Position numbers and translations under genes: made by a program. A stretch of DNA of 64,000 nt from Candidatus Bathyarchaeota archaeon (lineage in GTDB: Archaea > Thermoproteota > Bathyarchaeia > Bathyarchaeales > Bathycorpusculaceae). The notes below the pieces were generated by a model. It was not told where the DNA came from. It made no database searches and saw only the letters and a program-made list of their open reading frames with translations. Location of the stretch: contig CAVRZF010000013.1 in assembly GCA_963725715.1 (NCBI GenBank), positions 24,586-88,585 of the forward strand, read 5' to 3'. Positions within the stretch are counted from its first letter, which is position 1; each line of letters opens with the position of its first letter. Positions 29,195 to 39,315 of this stretch are shown here, in pieces.

Positions 29195-30466
29195 TTAAGT
29201 TGTTCCCATTTCCCAGGTCGATAAGTATTTCTTTTGTTCATCAGTCAACGCATCGATTTTTACGCCCATTGCTTTGAGTTTAAGATCAGCCACTTTTTCG
29301 TCAATCTCTTTTGGAACTGTGAAGACTTTTGGTTTTAGTTTTGTACTCTTGGCTATGTATTCTGAGCATAATGCTTGGTTTGCAAAGGACATATCCATGA
29401 CTTCGGAGGGGTGTCCTTCTGCTGCGGCTAAATTGACCAGTCGGCCCTCGGCGAGTAAGTACAGTTTTCTGCCGTCTTTTAACGTGTATTCTTCCATGTT
29501 TGGACGAATAGTTCGTTTGCCTTTGGAAAGTGATTCCAAGTCAGGAATGCTGATTTCTACGTTAAAGTGACCGCTGTTGCACATGATGGCGCCGTCCTTC
29601 ATCTTTTGCATGTGTTCCTTGCGGATAACGTTAAGATCGCCAGTTGCCGTTACAAAGATTTCTCCAAGAGCTGCGGCTTCTGACATCGGCATAACACGTA
29701 GGCCGTTCATGGCTGCTTCTAATGCGCGGGTAGGTTGGACTTCAGTAACTATTACGTTTGCACCCATGCCTTGCGCCCGCATCGCTATGCCTCGGCTGCA
29801 CCATCCGTAACCCCCGACTACAAAGTTTTTACCTGCAATCAAGACAGAGGTTGCACGCAGGATTCCATCCATTGTACTTTGACCTGTTCCATAGCGGTTA
29901 TCGAACAAGTATTTAGTGTAGGCATCGTTAACGGCAACGATAGGATATTTTAGACTACCATCTTTTTCCATGGCTCTTAGGCGGATTACCCCTGTTGTGG
30001 TTTCTTCGGTTCCGCCTTTAAGGTCTTTTATCTGGTTTTGGCGCTTACTATGCAGGGTTCCGACTAAGTCTGCACCATCATCAAGAGTTATGGTTGGTTT
30101 ATAATCGAGGACATTGTCGATGCATTTGTAGTATTCTTCGGTGTTTTGTCCTCTCCAAGCAAAAACATGAACGCCACTATCAGCTAAAGCTGCTGCAACG
30201 TCATCTTGGGTTGAGAGCGGGTTAGAACCACAGAGTGCTATGTCTGCGCCGCCAGCAATTAATGCCTTAATGAGAACTGCCGTTTCCTTGGTCACGTGTA
30301 GGCAAGCGGCTAATGTTTGTCCTTTAAGCGGTTTTTCTTTTTCAAAACGGGTTTTTATTATATTGAGAACAGGCATGTGTTTCGCGGCCCATTCGATTTG
30401 TAAGTGTCCTTGAGAAGCTAAACTTTTATCTTTAACTTGGAAATCTTGCATGGACGGTTCCTTCAT
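29195..30466 (-). CDS. ahcY: Adenosylhomocysteinase
   Basis: [32 protein letters not shown] and [13 protein letters not shown] motifs. Confidence 0.96.
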   Translation of the reverse strand: MKEPSMQDFQVKDKSLASQGHLQIEWAAKHMPVLNIIKTRFEKEKPLKGQTLAACLHVTKETAVLIKALIAGGADIALCGSNPLSTQDDVAAALADSGVHVFAWRGQNTEEYYKCIDNVLDYKPTITLDDGADLVGTLHSKRQNQIKDLKGGTEETTTGVIRLRAMEKDGSLKYPIVAVNDAYTKYLFDNRYGTGQSTMDGILRATSVLIAGKNFVVGGYGWCSRGIAMRAQGMGANVIVTEVQPTRALEAAMNGLRVMPMSEAAALGEIFVTATGDLNVIRKEHMQKMKDGAIMCNSGHFNVEISIPDLESLSKGKRTIRPNMEEYTLKDGRKLYLLAEGRLVNLAAAEGHPSEVMDMSFANQALCSEYIAKSTKLKPKVFTVPKEIDEKVADLKLKAMGVKIDALTDEQKKYLSTWEMGTT

Positions 30467-30609
30467 TTCAGGAAGAGTGTGTCTTCTACCTATTTAGAAT
30501 TTGCCTCATGTCAGCAGCCACTTTGAAAGGCAAAGAAAGAGATCAAATTGTCAACTCAGAAAAAGTTTATTTACACCATATCCAAGCTAACTGTAAGAGA
30601 GTGCTTAGA

Positions 30610-31215
30610 TTGAAAGAGCCTTTTGATAAATTCATTAAAGCGAGTCTTGGACCCAAAACTTTACTGATTACATGCGGATTGCCAGGAACTTGGAAAACTG
30701 AAACAGCCGAGGAAGTTTCGAAAATCAAAGGTTACCCAATTCTTCGAAGTGACATAATACGCTTGGAAGTTCTTAGAAATGAAGATGTTTTTGACCCAAA
30801 AGTTGCAGGAAACATGAACAAACGCATGTCGGTTTACGACGAAGTTTTTCGCCAAGCAGACGAACTTGCAGGCAAAAGTGGAAAGGGCATTATTTTAGAC
30901 GCAACCTTTGTTACTCAGGATTTGAGAAGGCGTGCAGCTGAGGTTGCCGCCAGGCATGGTATGGAATTTGTGGTAATGCAGACAAGTTGCCCACAAGAAG
31001 TGTCGGTTGCAAGAATCGAGAGGCGAACTAAAGAAAAATACGAGTCTAATGCTCTAACAGTGGATGCGTATCTAGCTAACAAGAAAAAGTTTGAAGCTGT
31101 CGACATTGACAACTTAAAGAAGAACAATCCAAACTTAAAGATACTGCATTTAACGGTTGATACATGCAGCGATAATGCGGAGGACTGGTATATCACTGGC
31201 ATGGATAAAAGGTAA
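30610..31215 (+). CDS. P-loop kinase, AAA_33 family (C-terminal half of Rv2004c-like proteins)
   Basis: GLPGTWKT (variant Walker A), LRSDIIR, ILDATF and RIERR lid; start at TTG 30610 preferred. Confidence 0.8.
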   Translation: MKEPFDKFIKASLGPKTLLITCGLPGTWKTETAEEVSKIKGYPILRSDIIRLEVLRNEDVFDPKVAGNMNKRMSVYDEVFRQADELAGKSGKGIILDATFVTQDLRRRAAEVAARHGMEFVVMQTSCPQEVSVARIERRTKEKYESNALTVDAYLANKKKFEAVDIDNLKKNNPNLKILHLTVDTCSDNAEDWYITGMDKR

Positions 31216-31233
31216 CAAGGGCACCGTTCAATA

Positions 31234-32100
31234 ATGATAATCGATCTGCACATCCATTCCAAAGCTTCAGATGGAAAACTCTCTGTGGAAGAAATCTTTA
31301 GAGAAGCAAGAGAGCGAAATATTTGTTTTATTTCGATCAGTGATCATGATTCCATCAGCTGCCAAACACAAGCTGTCAAAACAGCAGACAGTGCGGGCAT
31401 TCGGTACATTACTGGCTTAGAGTTGAATGTTTCCTTTTCACACCCAAAGTACCATGAAGGCAAGCCTGTTTCACTGGACTTCTTAGGCTACCAATACGAC
31501 GCTAATAACAAAGCACTGGAAAGCAAGCTTGGAACAATGGCTAATTACCGAGAGCAAAGAGCTGCAAAAATCCTTGACAACTTAAACGCCGAGTTTGAAA
31601 AAGAAAAGATTGCACAGTTAACGAAGAATGATTTGAGGCAGATTGAGGAGTCAGTTGATGGAGTGCTTGGTAGACCTCACATTGCAGACTACCTTGTCAA
31701 GAAAAACATCGTTAAAACTAGGCAGGAAGCCTTCGACAAGTACCTGGCGATGTGCGATGTTCCCAAGTATCCGCTGCTCTTAGATGAGGCATCAAAACTT
31801 GTCAGGGAGGCTGGCGGGAAACTGGTTCTAGCTCATCCCAATGATCCACACGGGACGTCGCTGGTTGGGTTAACTAAGTCTTTGGAGGAGCAAACCCAAA
31901 TTGTGCAGGAAAAAATGCTCCAGTACATTGACGGCATTGAATGCTGGCACTCACGAAGCAATCCCGAAACAACAAACCACTATTTGACCTTTGCAAAAAA
32001 GCACAGATTGGTTATGACTGGTGGAAGCGATTGCCACCAAAAACCAATAATTATGGGAACCGTACAAATTCCCGATTGGGCAACGAAACAGTTCCATTAA
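31234..32100 (+). CDS. PHP-family phosphoesterase (YciV/TrpH-like)
   Basis: DLHIHSKASDG, SDHD, GRPHIA, LAHP and TGGSDCH motifs. Confidence 0.9.
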   Translation: MIIDLHIHSKASDGKLSVEEIFREARERNICFISISDHDSISCQTQAVKTADSAGIRYITGLELNVSFSHPKYHEGKPVSLDFLGYQYDANNKALESKLGTMANYREQRAAKILDNLNAEFEKEKIAQLTKNDLRQIEESVDGVLGRPHIADYLVKKNIVKTRQEAFDKYLAMCDVPKYPLLLDEASKLVREAGGKLVLAHPNDPHGTSLVGLTKSLEEQTQIVQEKMLQYIDGIECWHSRSNPETTNHYLTFAKKHRLVMTGGSDCHQKPIIMGTVQIPDWATKQFH

Positions 32101-32106
32101 ATCGTT

Positions 32107-33114
32107 TTATAAGTTTTTTGAGTATTCAGAGGCTAGTTTGAAGTAAGCTTGCGCCTCTTTGACTGCGGCATTCTTCTCCTCAATATTCACATTTGGATCG
32201 TCTAGTTTGAAGCTTATCACTTTACCACGTACATACGCTCGGTAGCACTTGTAGAATGGCAAAATCAGCTTCAAATCACAGTCTTCAGAATAACCAATAT
32301 AGCTTTTTATGAAATAATTTGACAGAGGCTGCTTTTGCTGAAAATCCAAATCCATGGCTAAAAAGGCTACATCAGATGCTACGTCTGAATATCTGAACCT
32401 ATCGTTGAATTCTATCGCATCAAAAATGCAAATACTCTCCGTTAGGAAAATATTGCCTGAATGCATATCACCATGGCAATCCCGTATTTTGCCTCTTTTT
32501 GTTCTGGTATCAAAAAGCGCCTTTTTCCTTTCCATGAAACCTTCAATGTGATCCTGGATAAACTTGAAATCTGCTTCCGTAATCGTTTGGTTGACATAGT
32601 TTAAGGTTTGAGCGAAATTTTCATCCCAGTTAATCTTTACGATTTTTAGTGAACCATACTCGTTTATTTCAGGGCTCGTTTGGGCTTTAGAGTGGAAGTT
32701 GGCGATAATTTTTGCTAAGGCATCAATTGTTTTGCCATCTACCTTGTTTTCCTTTAGTTGAACCGTCATGATTTTTTCTTGGGGCAGTCTTTTCATTTTT
32801 AAAGCGTACTCAACTGTTTCGCCGCTTCCTCTTATTTTGATAACGTCTGATTTGTTGATGGGTACAACTTCAAGGTAGACATCGGAGCAAAGCCGCCTAT
32901 TAAGGTCTAACTCTTTTTCGCAATACAAGCGCCTTTTGTCAAGCGTAGAGAAGTCTAAAAAGCCAAAGTTAACTGCTTTCTTCATTTTGTAGACAAAATT
33001 CTTTGTTAGGAAGACAAATGAGATGTGGGTTTGTATTACCTCTATTCTGTCTGTTTCTTCAGGGTAGGCTTCCGGGTTTAGCAGGGCTTGAGCCACTTGT
33101 TTTTGCATATCCAT
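32107..33114 (-). CDS. Aminoglycoside-phosphotransferase-like kinase (N-terminal half of Rv2004c-like proteins)
   Basis: QTHISFVFL, KMKKAVNFGFLDFSTL, RDCHGDMHSGNI, FDAIEFN and YKCYRAYVRGKV motifs. Confidence 0.88.
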   Translation of the reverse strand: MDMQKQVAQALLNPEAYPEETDRIEVIQTHISFVFLTKNFVYKMKKAVNFGFLDFSTLDKRRLYCEKELDLNRRLCSDVYLEVVPINKSDVIKIRGSGETVEYALKMKRLPQEKIMTVQLKENKVDGKTIDALAKIIANFHSKAQTSPEINEYGSLKIVKINWDENFAQTLNYVNQTITEADFKFIQDHIEGFMERKKALFDTRTKRGKIRDCHGDMHSGNIFLTESICIFDAIEFNDRFRYSDVASDVAFLAMDLDFQQKQPLSNYFIKSYIGYSEDCDLKLILPFYKCYRAYVRGKVISFKLDDPNVNIEEKNAAVKEAQAYFKLASEYSKNL

Positions 33115-33331
33115 TGTCTGCTTCTTCCTTTGAAGGTAATATTTTGTGAAGGCTCCAAATAAATTTACGGTAGCATTTTGGAACATCGCTTGAAGTAATA
33201 CAGCATAGACTGTTAACTTTATATGGCGAGCACTCAAGAATAGCTGGGAGTAAAGTTGGAATTGGACGTACATATGGACCTCAAAGAAGCGCTTATAAAA
33301 TCAGGATATTCTGATATAATTGCAGAGAAAA

Positions 33332-33970
33332 TTATTGTTTGGTATTCTTCTCAGCCTTGAAGTTTTTTACGAACTCCAAAACGTTGATCTCTTGTTCTCT
33401 AGAAATATGTTTGGCTTTTTGCAGCGAATTGACCATATCACTGACTTTGGCTAAGGCATGCACGCGGTAGCCGAGTTTCTCCAAGTTTTCTTTGCCACCT
33501 TGTTCCCGGTTGACAACTACCAGCATATACTTGATGTTGCCTCCGAGTTCTTGCAAGGGCTTTATTCCTTCAATTTTGGAGATTCCTTCGCTTATGACGT
33601 CGTCAAAGAACAGGATATTATCACCTTTTGCTATATCGGCGCCTGCTATTCTACCTGTAACACCATAGGCTTTCTCTTCTTTTCGGACCACGATGCAAGG
33701 TAAGTTTGTTTTGCATGCGATACTGGGCACTATCAACGCGCCTTTTAGCTCGATGGAAGCTAATTTGTCTATTTTTTCAGAGACCATTATTTGCTTAATG
33801 TGCTCAGCGGCAAGCTCTGCAATTGTACACAGTTGCTTGGGAGCTGCGAGCAGACGGGTAAGGTCAATATAGTATGGGCTTGTTGCGCCTGATTTAATTT
33901 TGAAATTTCCAAACTTTAGGCAGCCGGATAAGTAAAGTGCGTCAGCCACTTTAGCGGTAACATTTGGCAT
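33332..33970 (-). CDS. pyrE: Orotate phosphoribosyltransferase
   Basis: FKIKSGATSPYYIDL, RKEEKAYG and PRPP-binding FDDVISEGIS. Confidence 0.88.
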   Translation of the reverse strand: MPNVTAKVADALYLSGCLKFGNFKIKSGATSPYYIDLTRLLAAPKQLCTIAELAAEHIKQIMVSEKIDKLASIELKGALIVPSIACKTNLPCIVVRKEEKAYGVTGRIAGADIAKGDNILFFDDVISEGISKIEGIKPLQELGGNIKYMLVVVNREQGGKENLEKLGYRVHALAKVSDMVNSLQKAKHISREQEINVLEFVKNFKAEKNTKQ

Positions 33971-34046
33971 GTAAATTATCCCTGATGTGAATGTAAACTA
34001 TGAAATTTAACTCTTTACCAGGGCAAAAAAGTAAGATGCAAAGATA

Positions 34047-35022
34047 TTAAACGACGAGATCTGCCATGTCTACGCTGCGTTCGTAACTTTGCCTCAGGAA
34101 AGATACTGCTGCTAAAATCTGAGGCAGCAAACCTATCGAGGACTTGGCGGCTTCCTTTTCGATGCTGGTATAGATTGCATCGATTTTTTCTCTTAGGTTA
34201 CGCACATTCTCTGCTAAAGCGATGTCCTTAGTTACAAATGATTTTAGCGCTTGCTCTTGAGCCTCGCAGCATACACTCTGCAAATCTATAAGCAACTTTT
34301 GCAGTTCCACGGAAGGCTTAAAACCGTTGAGTATTATGGTTTTTGAAGCCACCTGAACGCAGGCATCGCCAATGCCTTCAATTAAACTTGCAGCTAAACG
34401 ATAATCAAGACACTCTATGGGAGTAATCCTGAGTTTCTCACTCAACTGGGGAGTCTGAATAATCGTCCGGAGAATTCTAACGAGCAAGAAATACAATTTG
34501 TTACTTTCAGCATCGCGCTCAATGACATTTTTCGCCAGCTCTATGTCACCATAAATTAAGGCGGTAGCTGCGTCGCGAGTCATTCCAGCCACAATTGAGT
34601 AATTGCGGTGTAGAATTTTTTCTGGAATAAATCCTGAAGGCTGCTGCATCAAAGTTTGAAGGGAAATCTTTGCGCTTGTTTCTTCAACAATCTCTAAGCC
34701 TGCCTAGTGAACTTGCAGTGGATTTAACGATTTTTCTTACATCAGAGTCAATTCGATCATTTGCTGCTATATCGATAGTATCGTAACCAAGCAGGTAACG
34801 GCCAACAATTTCTCGACCTAAATACGGGCCGACATTTAGACAGGTGGTTTTAGCTGGCGGCTCAGCGGCATATTGTGAATCAACCAAAAGCTTGCCGTCA
34901 TTGGTTACATCCAAATTTACCAATGTGCCTTTTTTTAAACCATTTTTTTTAGCCCAGTCTCTTGGTAAACAAACGAAAAAAGTGCCTGTTGGAGTTTGTT
35001 GAACTTTGCGTAGGTCACCCAT
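34047..35022 (-). pseudogene. phoU: Phosphate uptake regulator (AbrB-type N-terminus + PhoU domains), split by a +1 frameshift near 34704
   Basis: RKVQQTPTGTFFVCLPRDWAKK; removing one G restores SLAGLEIVEETSAKISLQTLMQ; may be an assembly error. Confidence 0.8.
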
Positions 35023-35231
35023 AATAGTTTCCCCAAAGGAGATATAACAAATCTAAACTATACTTGCGTTATATAAACTAAATTGGCTCCGAATAACTAA
35101 AGCCTAATTACTAAAAGCTCAATGAAAGACCATAGAAAACAGCAGCAAACTTGAACTATAAAATACCACCCTACGAACGAAAAACGGTAAATAACTCAAA
35201 AAGCATAACAGCCTAAACATACATCAACAGA

Positions 35232-36824
35232 GTGGCTAGCGAACAAATCCAAATGAGCGGAAAAGAGAATCTACAGAAAGCTATCGAAGCAACAATCGCA
35301 GCAGGATATCAACTAAACAGCGAAGCTTTTGAATTCTTAAAACAAACTTCCGAAACCACCGATCCAGTTGACGTTATGAATTTGGCGCTTCAGCAGTTAG
35401 AGAGTCTACAAGAAAAACCATTCTTTATTGATAGAGTTTTTCTCGAAGCCTTAGTTCAACAATTAACGGCTTCCGCTGTAGAAGCACGAGCGCAACAGGA
35501 ACAGCCAAAACCCGCCGAGCAAGCAACCCCTCCAGAGTCAGAGCAAAAAAACATCGCTGAAAGCGCGTTTTATCCGTACGCGAAGGACATTAAATCAAGC
35601 CTAATAGTCATTGAAGACGCAACGGGCAAACTTACTTCTAACGGAACCCTTGAAGAATATGTGAATTACTTTCAAGACCGATTCAAACGGATCGAACGCT
35701 TATTAAGACAAAGAATGGACGTTAAAGCCGCCACACCTATCCTTGAAGCACTCAAATCTCAACCTAAAACAAAACTCAAAATAATCTGCATGGTAACAGA
35801 GAAAAGAGAGTCAAAAAATAATATGATACTTTCAGTTGAAGACTTGCAGGGAAGTACAACCATCCTTGTGCCACAAAGGGCTCAAGATGAAGTAAAAAAG
35901 AGGGCTTTGCTGATTTTACCCGATCAAGTTGTATGTTTCGCAGTAATTAAAACAAGAACCAACCTTTTCTTGGCGGAAGACATTATTTTTCCAGAAATTG
36001 GCAGAAAAAGTCAGCAAAGGGCCCAAGAACCAGTCTACGCTGTCTTAACATCAGACCTTCATATTGGTAGCACAAAGTTTGAGAAAGAAGCTTTCAAGCG
36101 GTTCATCCTTTGGCTACGAGGCAAATATGGGGACGAGCAAATGAGGCAGATCGCTGGCAGAGTAAAATACCTGCTAATAGCTGGTGACATTGTCGACGGC
36201 GTAGGTGTTTACCCAGGGCAGGCCAAGGAATTATCTATAAGAGACGTACACAAGCAATACTATTTTGCAGCAAAATACTTGGAAAGAATTCCAAGTTACA
36301 TTGAAATAGTAATTTCACCGGGCAACCATGATGCTTCACGAAAAGCCTTACCGCAGCCAGCCATTGCCGAAGGCTACTTGACTGGGATGCAAGGAAAAAG
36401 CAATATTCACTCGGTCGGAAGTCCCTGCCTACTAAGCGTACATGGAGTCGAAGTTTTAATGTATCATGGAAGAAGCTTAGACGACATACTCGGGGTTGTA
36501 CCAGGAATGGATCATGACCACCCAGAAAAGGGAATGAGACTTCTTATGCAAAGCCGGCACTTAGCCCCTATGTACGGTGGCAAAACAATGTTGTCGCCTG
36601 AAAACCGCGATTACTTAGTCATTGATAAAGTGCCTGACATCTTCCACGCAGGGCACATACATGTCTTAGGATACTGCAATTACCGTGGGGTTTTAGTGGT
36701 TAATTCTGGCGGTTGGCAAAAACAAACCGATTACATGGAAAAGTTAGGTTTGGTTCCCACGCCGGGTAAGGTCCCAGTAGTGAATCTGCAAACATTGGAA
36801 ACCACTGTTCTCTCGTTTATGTAA
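35232..36824 (+). CDS. polB: DNA polymerase D small subunit DP1
   Basis: SDLHIGS, AGDIVDGVGVYP, PGNHD, YHGRS, RHLAP and HAGHIH motifs. Confidence 0.94.
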   Translation: MASEQIQMSGKENLQKAIEATIAAGYQLNSEAFEFLKQTSETTDPVDVMNLALQQLESLQEKPFFIDRVFLEALVQQLTASAVEARAQQEQPKPAEQATPPESEQKNIAESAFYPYAKDIKSSLIVIEDATGKLTSNGTLEEYVNYFQDRFKRIERLLRQRMDVKAATPILEALKSQPKTKLKIICMVTEKRESKNNMILSVEDLQGSTTILVPQRAQDEVKKRALLILPDQVVCFAVIKTRTNLFLAEDIIFPEIGRKSQQRAQEPVYAVLTSDLHIGSTKFEKEAFKRFILWLRGKYGDEQMRQIAGRVKYLLIAGDIVDGVGVYPGQAKELSIRDVHKQYYFAAKYLERIPSYIEIVISPGNHDASRKALPQPAIAEGYLTGMQGKSNIHSVGSPCLLSVHGVEVLMYHGRSLDDILGVVPGMDHDHPEKGMRLLMQSRHLAPMYGGKTMLSPENRDYLVIDKVPDIFHAGHIHVLGYCNYRGVLVVNSGGWQKQTDYMEKLGLVPTPGKVPVVNLQTLETTVLSFM

Positions 36825-36833
36825 GGCGTAAAA

Positions 36834-38069
36834 TCATTGAGTTGCGGCTTTATGGGAAACTTGGGGTGAAAAACTAACCAAGCGACCGAACCTCGTATCG
36901 TCGCCAAACACATCCTTGATTAAGCTTCTGGAGATTTCCAAGCGGATTTTTTTAGTTCGGCCATACCTGCCCATGCTTACAACTCTTGCGTTCACAAGAC
37001 CCATCGAATCAAGCTCGTTAATCAAAGTGCCCAAACGCCGCTGTGTCAGAAGCCCAGCACCCATTTCACCGCAAAGCTCATTGTAAATATCATATATTTC
37101 GCCTGTAGTGGCGCTTGCTTTGTTTAAGTGATAAACGCTAAGGAGCACCAGTTTTGAGTGCAGTGTCAAGTTTTTGAGGGCTTCAATTACTCGGTTATGC
37201 TCAATATGCTTCTCTGCCTGGCGCACATGCTCCTCTGTAATCAGTGTTGCACCTTGGCGTTCAGCAACCTCTCCTGCAACCCGTAGCAAATCTAAAGCTC
37301 GCCGGGCGTCTCCATGTTCTGCAGCAGCCAAAGCTGAACAAATACTCAACGCTGAATCGGAAAGTGCTCCTTCCTGAAAAGATAACTTTGAGCGTTCAAG
37401 TAATATATTCCGTAGTTCACTAGCGTCATAGGGCCTGAAAACCAACTCTTCCTCACTAAGAGAGCTAAAGACTCGTGGGTCCAGAAACTCTTTCAAGCGC
37501 AGGTCATTTGATATTCCGATTATGGACACTTTGCTTTTGGTTAGAGTTTCATTTATTCTTGTTAATTCGTACATGAAAGCGTCGCCTTTGTCTTTTATCA
37601 GGGCGTCAATCTCGTCAAGAATTATAATTAGAATGATTCGGGAGGAATCAAGACATGCTCGGAAACGGTCAAAAACTTCACCCACAGACAAGCCTGTGAA
37701 GGGTATTGTTATACCTAGGTTTTGACACAGGTGTGCAAAAACACGGTATTCTGAACCGGTCATACGACAGTTAATATAACAAAATCTAACCTGCGCACCA
37801 TACTCTTTGGCTTTTGATTCCAAATGACTTAAAACGTATTTTGTCACCGCTGTTTTACCAGTGCCAGTTTTTCCATAAATAAAAATGTTAGAGCACCGTG
37901 AATCTCTAAGGACTGGCGCAACTGTTTGGCCTAGAAGTTTAATTTGTTGTTCTCTATGGGGCAATTTTTCTGGAAGATAATCATGTCTAAGGACTTCTCT
38001 ATCCTTGAATAATTTAACACCGTTGACGAAATCATCGAATACATCATCTAATACATTTTGGTTTGCCAT
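36834..38069 (-). CDS. cdc6: Orc1/Cdc6 replication initiator
   Basis: YLPEKLPHRE, GKTGTGKT, ILDEID, GDARRALDLLR and C-terminal wHTH GRYGRTK. Confidence 0.96.
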   Translation of the reverse strand: MANQNVLDDVFDDFVNGVKLFKDREVLRHDYLPEKLPHREQQIKLLGQTVAPVLRDSRCSNIFIYGKTGTGKTAVTKYVLSHLESKAKEYGAQVRFCYINCRMTGSEYRVFAHLCQNLGITIPFTGLSVGEVFDRFRACLDSSRIILIIILDEIDALIKDKGDAFMYELTRINETLTKSKVSIIGISNDLRLKEFLDPRVFSSLSEEELVFRPYDASELRNILLERSKLSFQEGALSDSALSICSALAAAEHGDARRALDLLRVAGEVAERQGATLITEEHVRQAEKHIEHNRVIEALKNLTLHSKLVLLSVYHLNKASATTGEIYDIYNELCGEMGAGLLTQRRLGTLINELDSMGLVNARVVSMGRYGRTKKIRLEISRSLIKDVFGDDTRFGRLVSFSPQVSHKAATQ

Positions 38070-38100
38070 TTCCCCCAACTCACATTCCACAGAGGCTCAA

Positions 38101-38665
38101 CCGTTATTTCGTGTGGAACTCATAAAGCATACAGTACAGAAAAATGTTTCAAAACAACATAATCTTAAAAAACAATGGTAAAATCAGACAAAAAGCACTC
38201 GTAAAGACACACCCCAACATTTCTATTGGAAAAAAACACTTGAAATAAAGAAAACAGATTATATTATATATTTACTTACTATACTCTCGTGAGTAATTAA
38301 ATATTTTATATATTAATAGTTACTATCCAAGTTTTTAGATAGAAAAGTTGCTAAACTTTTTTAGAGATTTTCTAACTTCTTTTTTGACCCAAACCTTCGA
38401 GAGGAAACGTAGGGGTGCCTCTACAAGGGTTTTTTCCATGGTTAAAAGTAATGATAATACTTTTTTTCATCATAGCCACTGATAGCTTCCAAGTCAAGCA
38501 ACATTTAAAATTTCAGGAATCACAACTGCTGAATTTTGGTTCACAAAATTGTGAATACATGTGAAATGGCATTATTTTTGTCGTTCAATAGACCCCCGTT
38601 CCTTCCAGAATACCAAATTCTTGTCAGTTTACTGTAAAGGAGCCACCCCTCCACTTCTACTGGAG
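38101..38665. other. Chromosomal replication origin (oriC): ORB boxes and AT-rich DUE
   Basis: ORBs TTCCAATAGAAATGTTGGGGT (minus, 38211-38231), TTCGAGAGGAAACGTAGGGGT (plus, 38396-38416), CTCCAGTAGAAGTGGAGGGGT (minus, 38645-38665); mini-ORB 38101-38119; AT-rich tract about 38255-38335 between the inverted ORBs; directly upstream of cdc6. Confidence 0.9.
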
Positions 38666-38862
38666 AACCCTAACCAAGGGTTAAACATAATTCTTCAGCA
38701 AATCAAAATAGCTGTGAAGCTGGTAATACAAATAAAAAGGAAATTTCTAGAGATTTCCATAAAATAGCCTTAATTTAGCCCTATTCACTTTCCCTTTTTC
38801 ACCATAACAGCTATAAGGTGTGAAGTGTAAAGTTGTGAACACCCCCTTAAGGTGTACATCAA

Positions 38863-39297
38863 ATGCCAGCTCGTAAAATGCGTGTGGAGCTGTTCGATAG
38901 CGATGGTAATCGATATACTATTGCTTTTGAGGGACAAGTAACCCGAGACAAAGCTCTACGCCTTTTGGATCTTGTAGAATTGCTAGGCGGTGGTGTCCCC
39001 AGTGAAGGCCAAACAGTAAGTCAAGGCGCTTCAATGCCAACTCGTGTTTTGTCACGTTTTGAAAAGGTTCAACTTGTTATTCAGAAGAGTTTTCCCTTAA
39101 TTTGGTTCTCTTCAAAAGACATCCAGTCGATTTATGAGCAGGAACTTAAGGAACCAGTTAGTCTGAGCACAGTTTCCACTTATCTCTCCAGAATGACCGC
39201 TAAAGGGATGCTTCTTAGAACTGGTGGATCAAACAATTTGAAGTATAAGACGGCGCCAAACATTCCACAGGCAGCGATTAAACAGAGAATAAAGTGA
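38863..39297 (+). CDS. Uncharacterised winged-helix protein adjacent to oriC
   Basis: Small N-terminal beta-beta-alpha domain, linker, then FSSKDIQSIYEQ...SLSTVSTYLSRMTAKGML wHTH. Confidence 0.8.
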   Translation: MPARKMRVELFDSDGNRYTIAFEGQVTRDKALRLLDLVELLGGGVPSEGQTVSQGASMPTRVLSRFEKVQLVIQKSFPLIWFSSKDIQSIYEQELKEPVSLSTVSTYLSRMTAKGMLLRTGGSNNLKYKTAPNIPQAAIKQRIK

Positions 39298-39315
39298 GAC
39301 GCCTCCGTTAGTGGT

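Noticed and set aside
34680-34720. Programmed frameshifting in phoU (also the ArsR-like gene near 47812 and the ORF at 54649-54848)
   Set aside because: The breaks are mostly single extra bases in short G/C runs with no slippery site or stimulatory structure. Assembly indel errors or recent pseudogenisation are more likely; read polishing would decide.
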